DNA of 25,613 bases from a virus (Duplodnaviria > Caudoviricetes). Under the pieces are notes generated by a model. The model saw only the letters and a list, made by a program, of their open reading frames with translations, did no database searches and had not been told where the DNA came from. The translations under genes and the position numbers were made by a program. Every line of letters starts with the position of its first letter. The first letter of the stretch is position 1. Shown here piece by piece: positions 24,781 through 25,613 of the stretch. Where the stretch lies: IMG/VR virus record IMGVR_UViG_3300044626_000486, positions 1-25,613 of that record. One strand, 5' to 3'.

Positions 24781-25613
24781 AGAACTCCTTTGTGAAAACA
24801 AATTGACTTGGGACGACTGGATCGACACACAAAACAAGACGATCCTTGGCTCGTGTCATTGCCACGTACATCAATCGCCTCTCCTCAATTATTCCCTCCT
24901 CAGAGCGAATGGATTTCTTGCTTGGAAAAACTCCCTCCTTAAGGTCAGCTATGATCACCACTGGCCACTCTAGACCCTTCGCCTGATGGATCGTAGATAC
25001 AGTGACCGCATCCTTGCTTGACTCAACCTCCGCAGGCGAAACCAGCTTCTCAACCGCATCACGCACGAAGTAACCACCCACGCTCTTCTTGACCTCAACT
25101 ACACTTGAACGAAGCTCTGGCACATCCTTCACTTCCTCAAGCGCCTCAGCAAACACTAACTCTGTATTGCTACACGAGCTAATAAATTTCACAATCGACA
25201 CCCCATTCCTGTTGGTCACTAGAGAAGCCAGGATGTCCTCTGGCTCATTCCCTGTTAGATGGATCGATATTTGACGAGCAGCTTCCTTGAACAGAATCTG
25301 ATGAATGACATTATCCCTGTTCATGCCAAACATCGCGGCCATAGCCAGAAATGCTACCTTACCTTGCACTGGCTTGACTGCGTTGCATGGCACATTAGTC
25401 TCTGCTAACTCACGAGCCAAATACTCTACCGTTCGGTTTGTTCTGCAAAGAATCGCTATCTCCTGTGGCTGATATAGATCCTCCATGAGCCTCAATACCT
25501 CTAGGACTGGACGATCGGTAGAGACTGTCACTGGCTCAAACACACTATCTCGCACAGAAACCACATCGGCCTCAGCGTCAGGATTAAACTGAATTAGATG
25601 ATTACTTGCTCGC
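24722..25613 (-). CDS. UvrD/PcrA-like SF1 helicase, C-terminal part (starts beyond the right edge)
   Basis: Frame open to the window end (RASNHLIQFN); IAILCRTN, STIHQAKGLEW and EERRLMYVAMTRAK. Confidence 0.92.
   Translation of the reverse strand, partial: RASNHLIQFNPDAEADVVSVRDSVFEPVTVSTDRPVLEVLRLMEDLYQPQEIAILCRTNRTVEYLARELAETNVPCNAVKPVQGKVAFLAMAAMFGMNRDNVIHQILFKEAARQISIHLTGNEPEDILASLVTNRNGVSIVKFISSCSNTELVFAEALEEVKDVPELRSSVVEVKKSVGGYFVRDAVEKLVSPAEVESSKDAVTVSTIHQAKGLEWPVVIIADLKEGVFPSKKSIRSEEGIIEERRLMYVAMTRAKDRLVLCVDPVVPSQFVFTKEFYDAEEIQGLGPQTIAESGW

Noticed and set aside
23477-24837. Long N-terminal extensions in the ORF track (23548, 24399, 24637, 24837)
   Set aside because: Internal starts with SD sequences or TAATG coupling remove the large same-strand overlaps.
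1-25613. tRNA, rRNA, CRISPR array, intron/intein or stop-codon recoding
   Set aside because: None recognised by eye. Genes tile densely under the standard code and intergenic gaps are short; tRNAscan/Infernal were not run.

Overview
A 25.6 kb, gene-dense segment of a tailed dsDNA phage or prophage. The host is probably a Planctomycete, inferred only from a DUF1580-type HTH gene. The minus-strand arm at 18.7-25.6 kb carries replication and early genes: UvrD-like and SF2 helicases, a ParB-like protein, a 5'-3' exonuclease, an LmbU-like regulator, an HNH-like protein, SSB and a GNAT. A control block at 15.9-18.8 kb holds a DUF1580 HTH, a sigma-70-like factor and a serine recombinase with two intact catalytic domains in one chain; the recombinase and sigma genes overlap head-to-head. 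The minus-strand late operon (1-15.9 kb) runs scaffold, major capsid, cement, TerS, TerL, portal, adaptor and tail genes. Within it lies a membrane/periplasm cassette (lipoprotein thioredoxin, PAS+TM protein with a nested TM ORF, metallophosphoesterase, TM proteins, papain-like C1 protease) that may be a non-canonical, sensor-linked lysis module. Notable non-coding signals are an exact 21-bp direct repeat (2638/10344), a perfect 10-1-10 palindrome (3669) and structured RNA elements upstream of terS. All family calls come from motifs recognised by eye; no searches were run.
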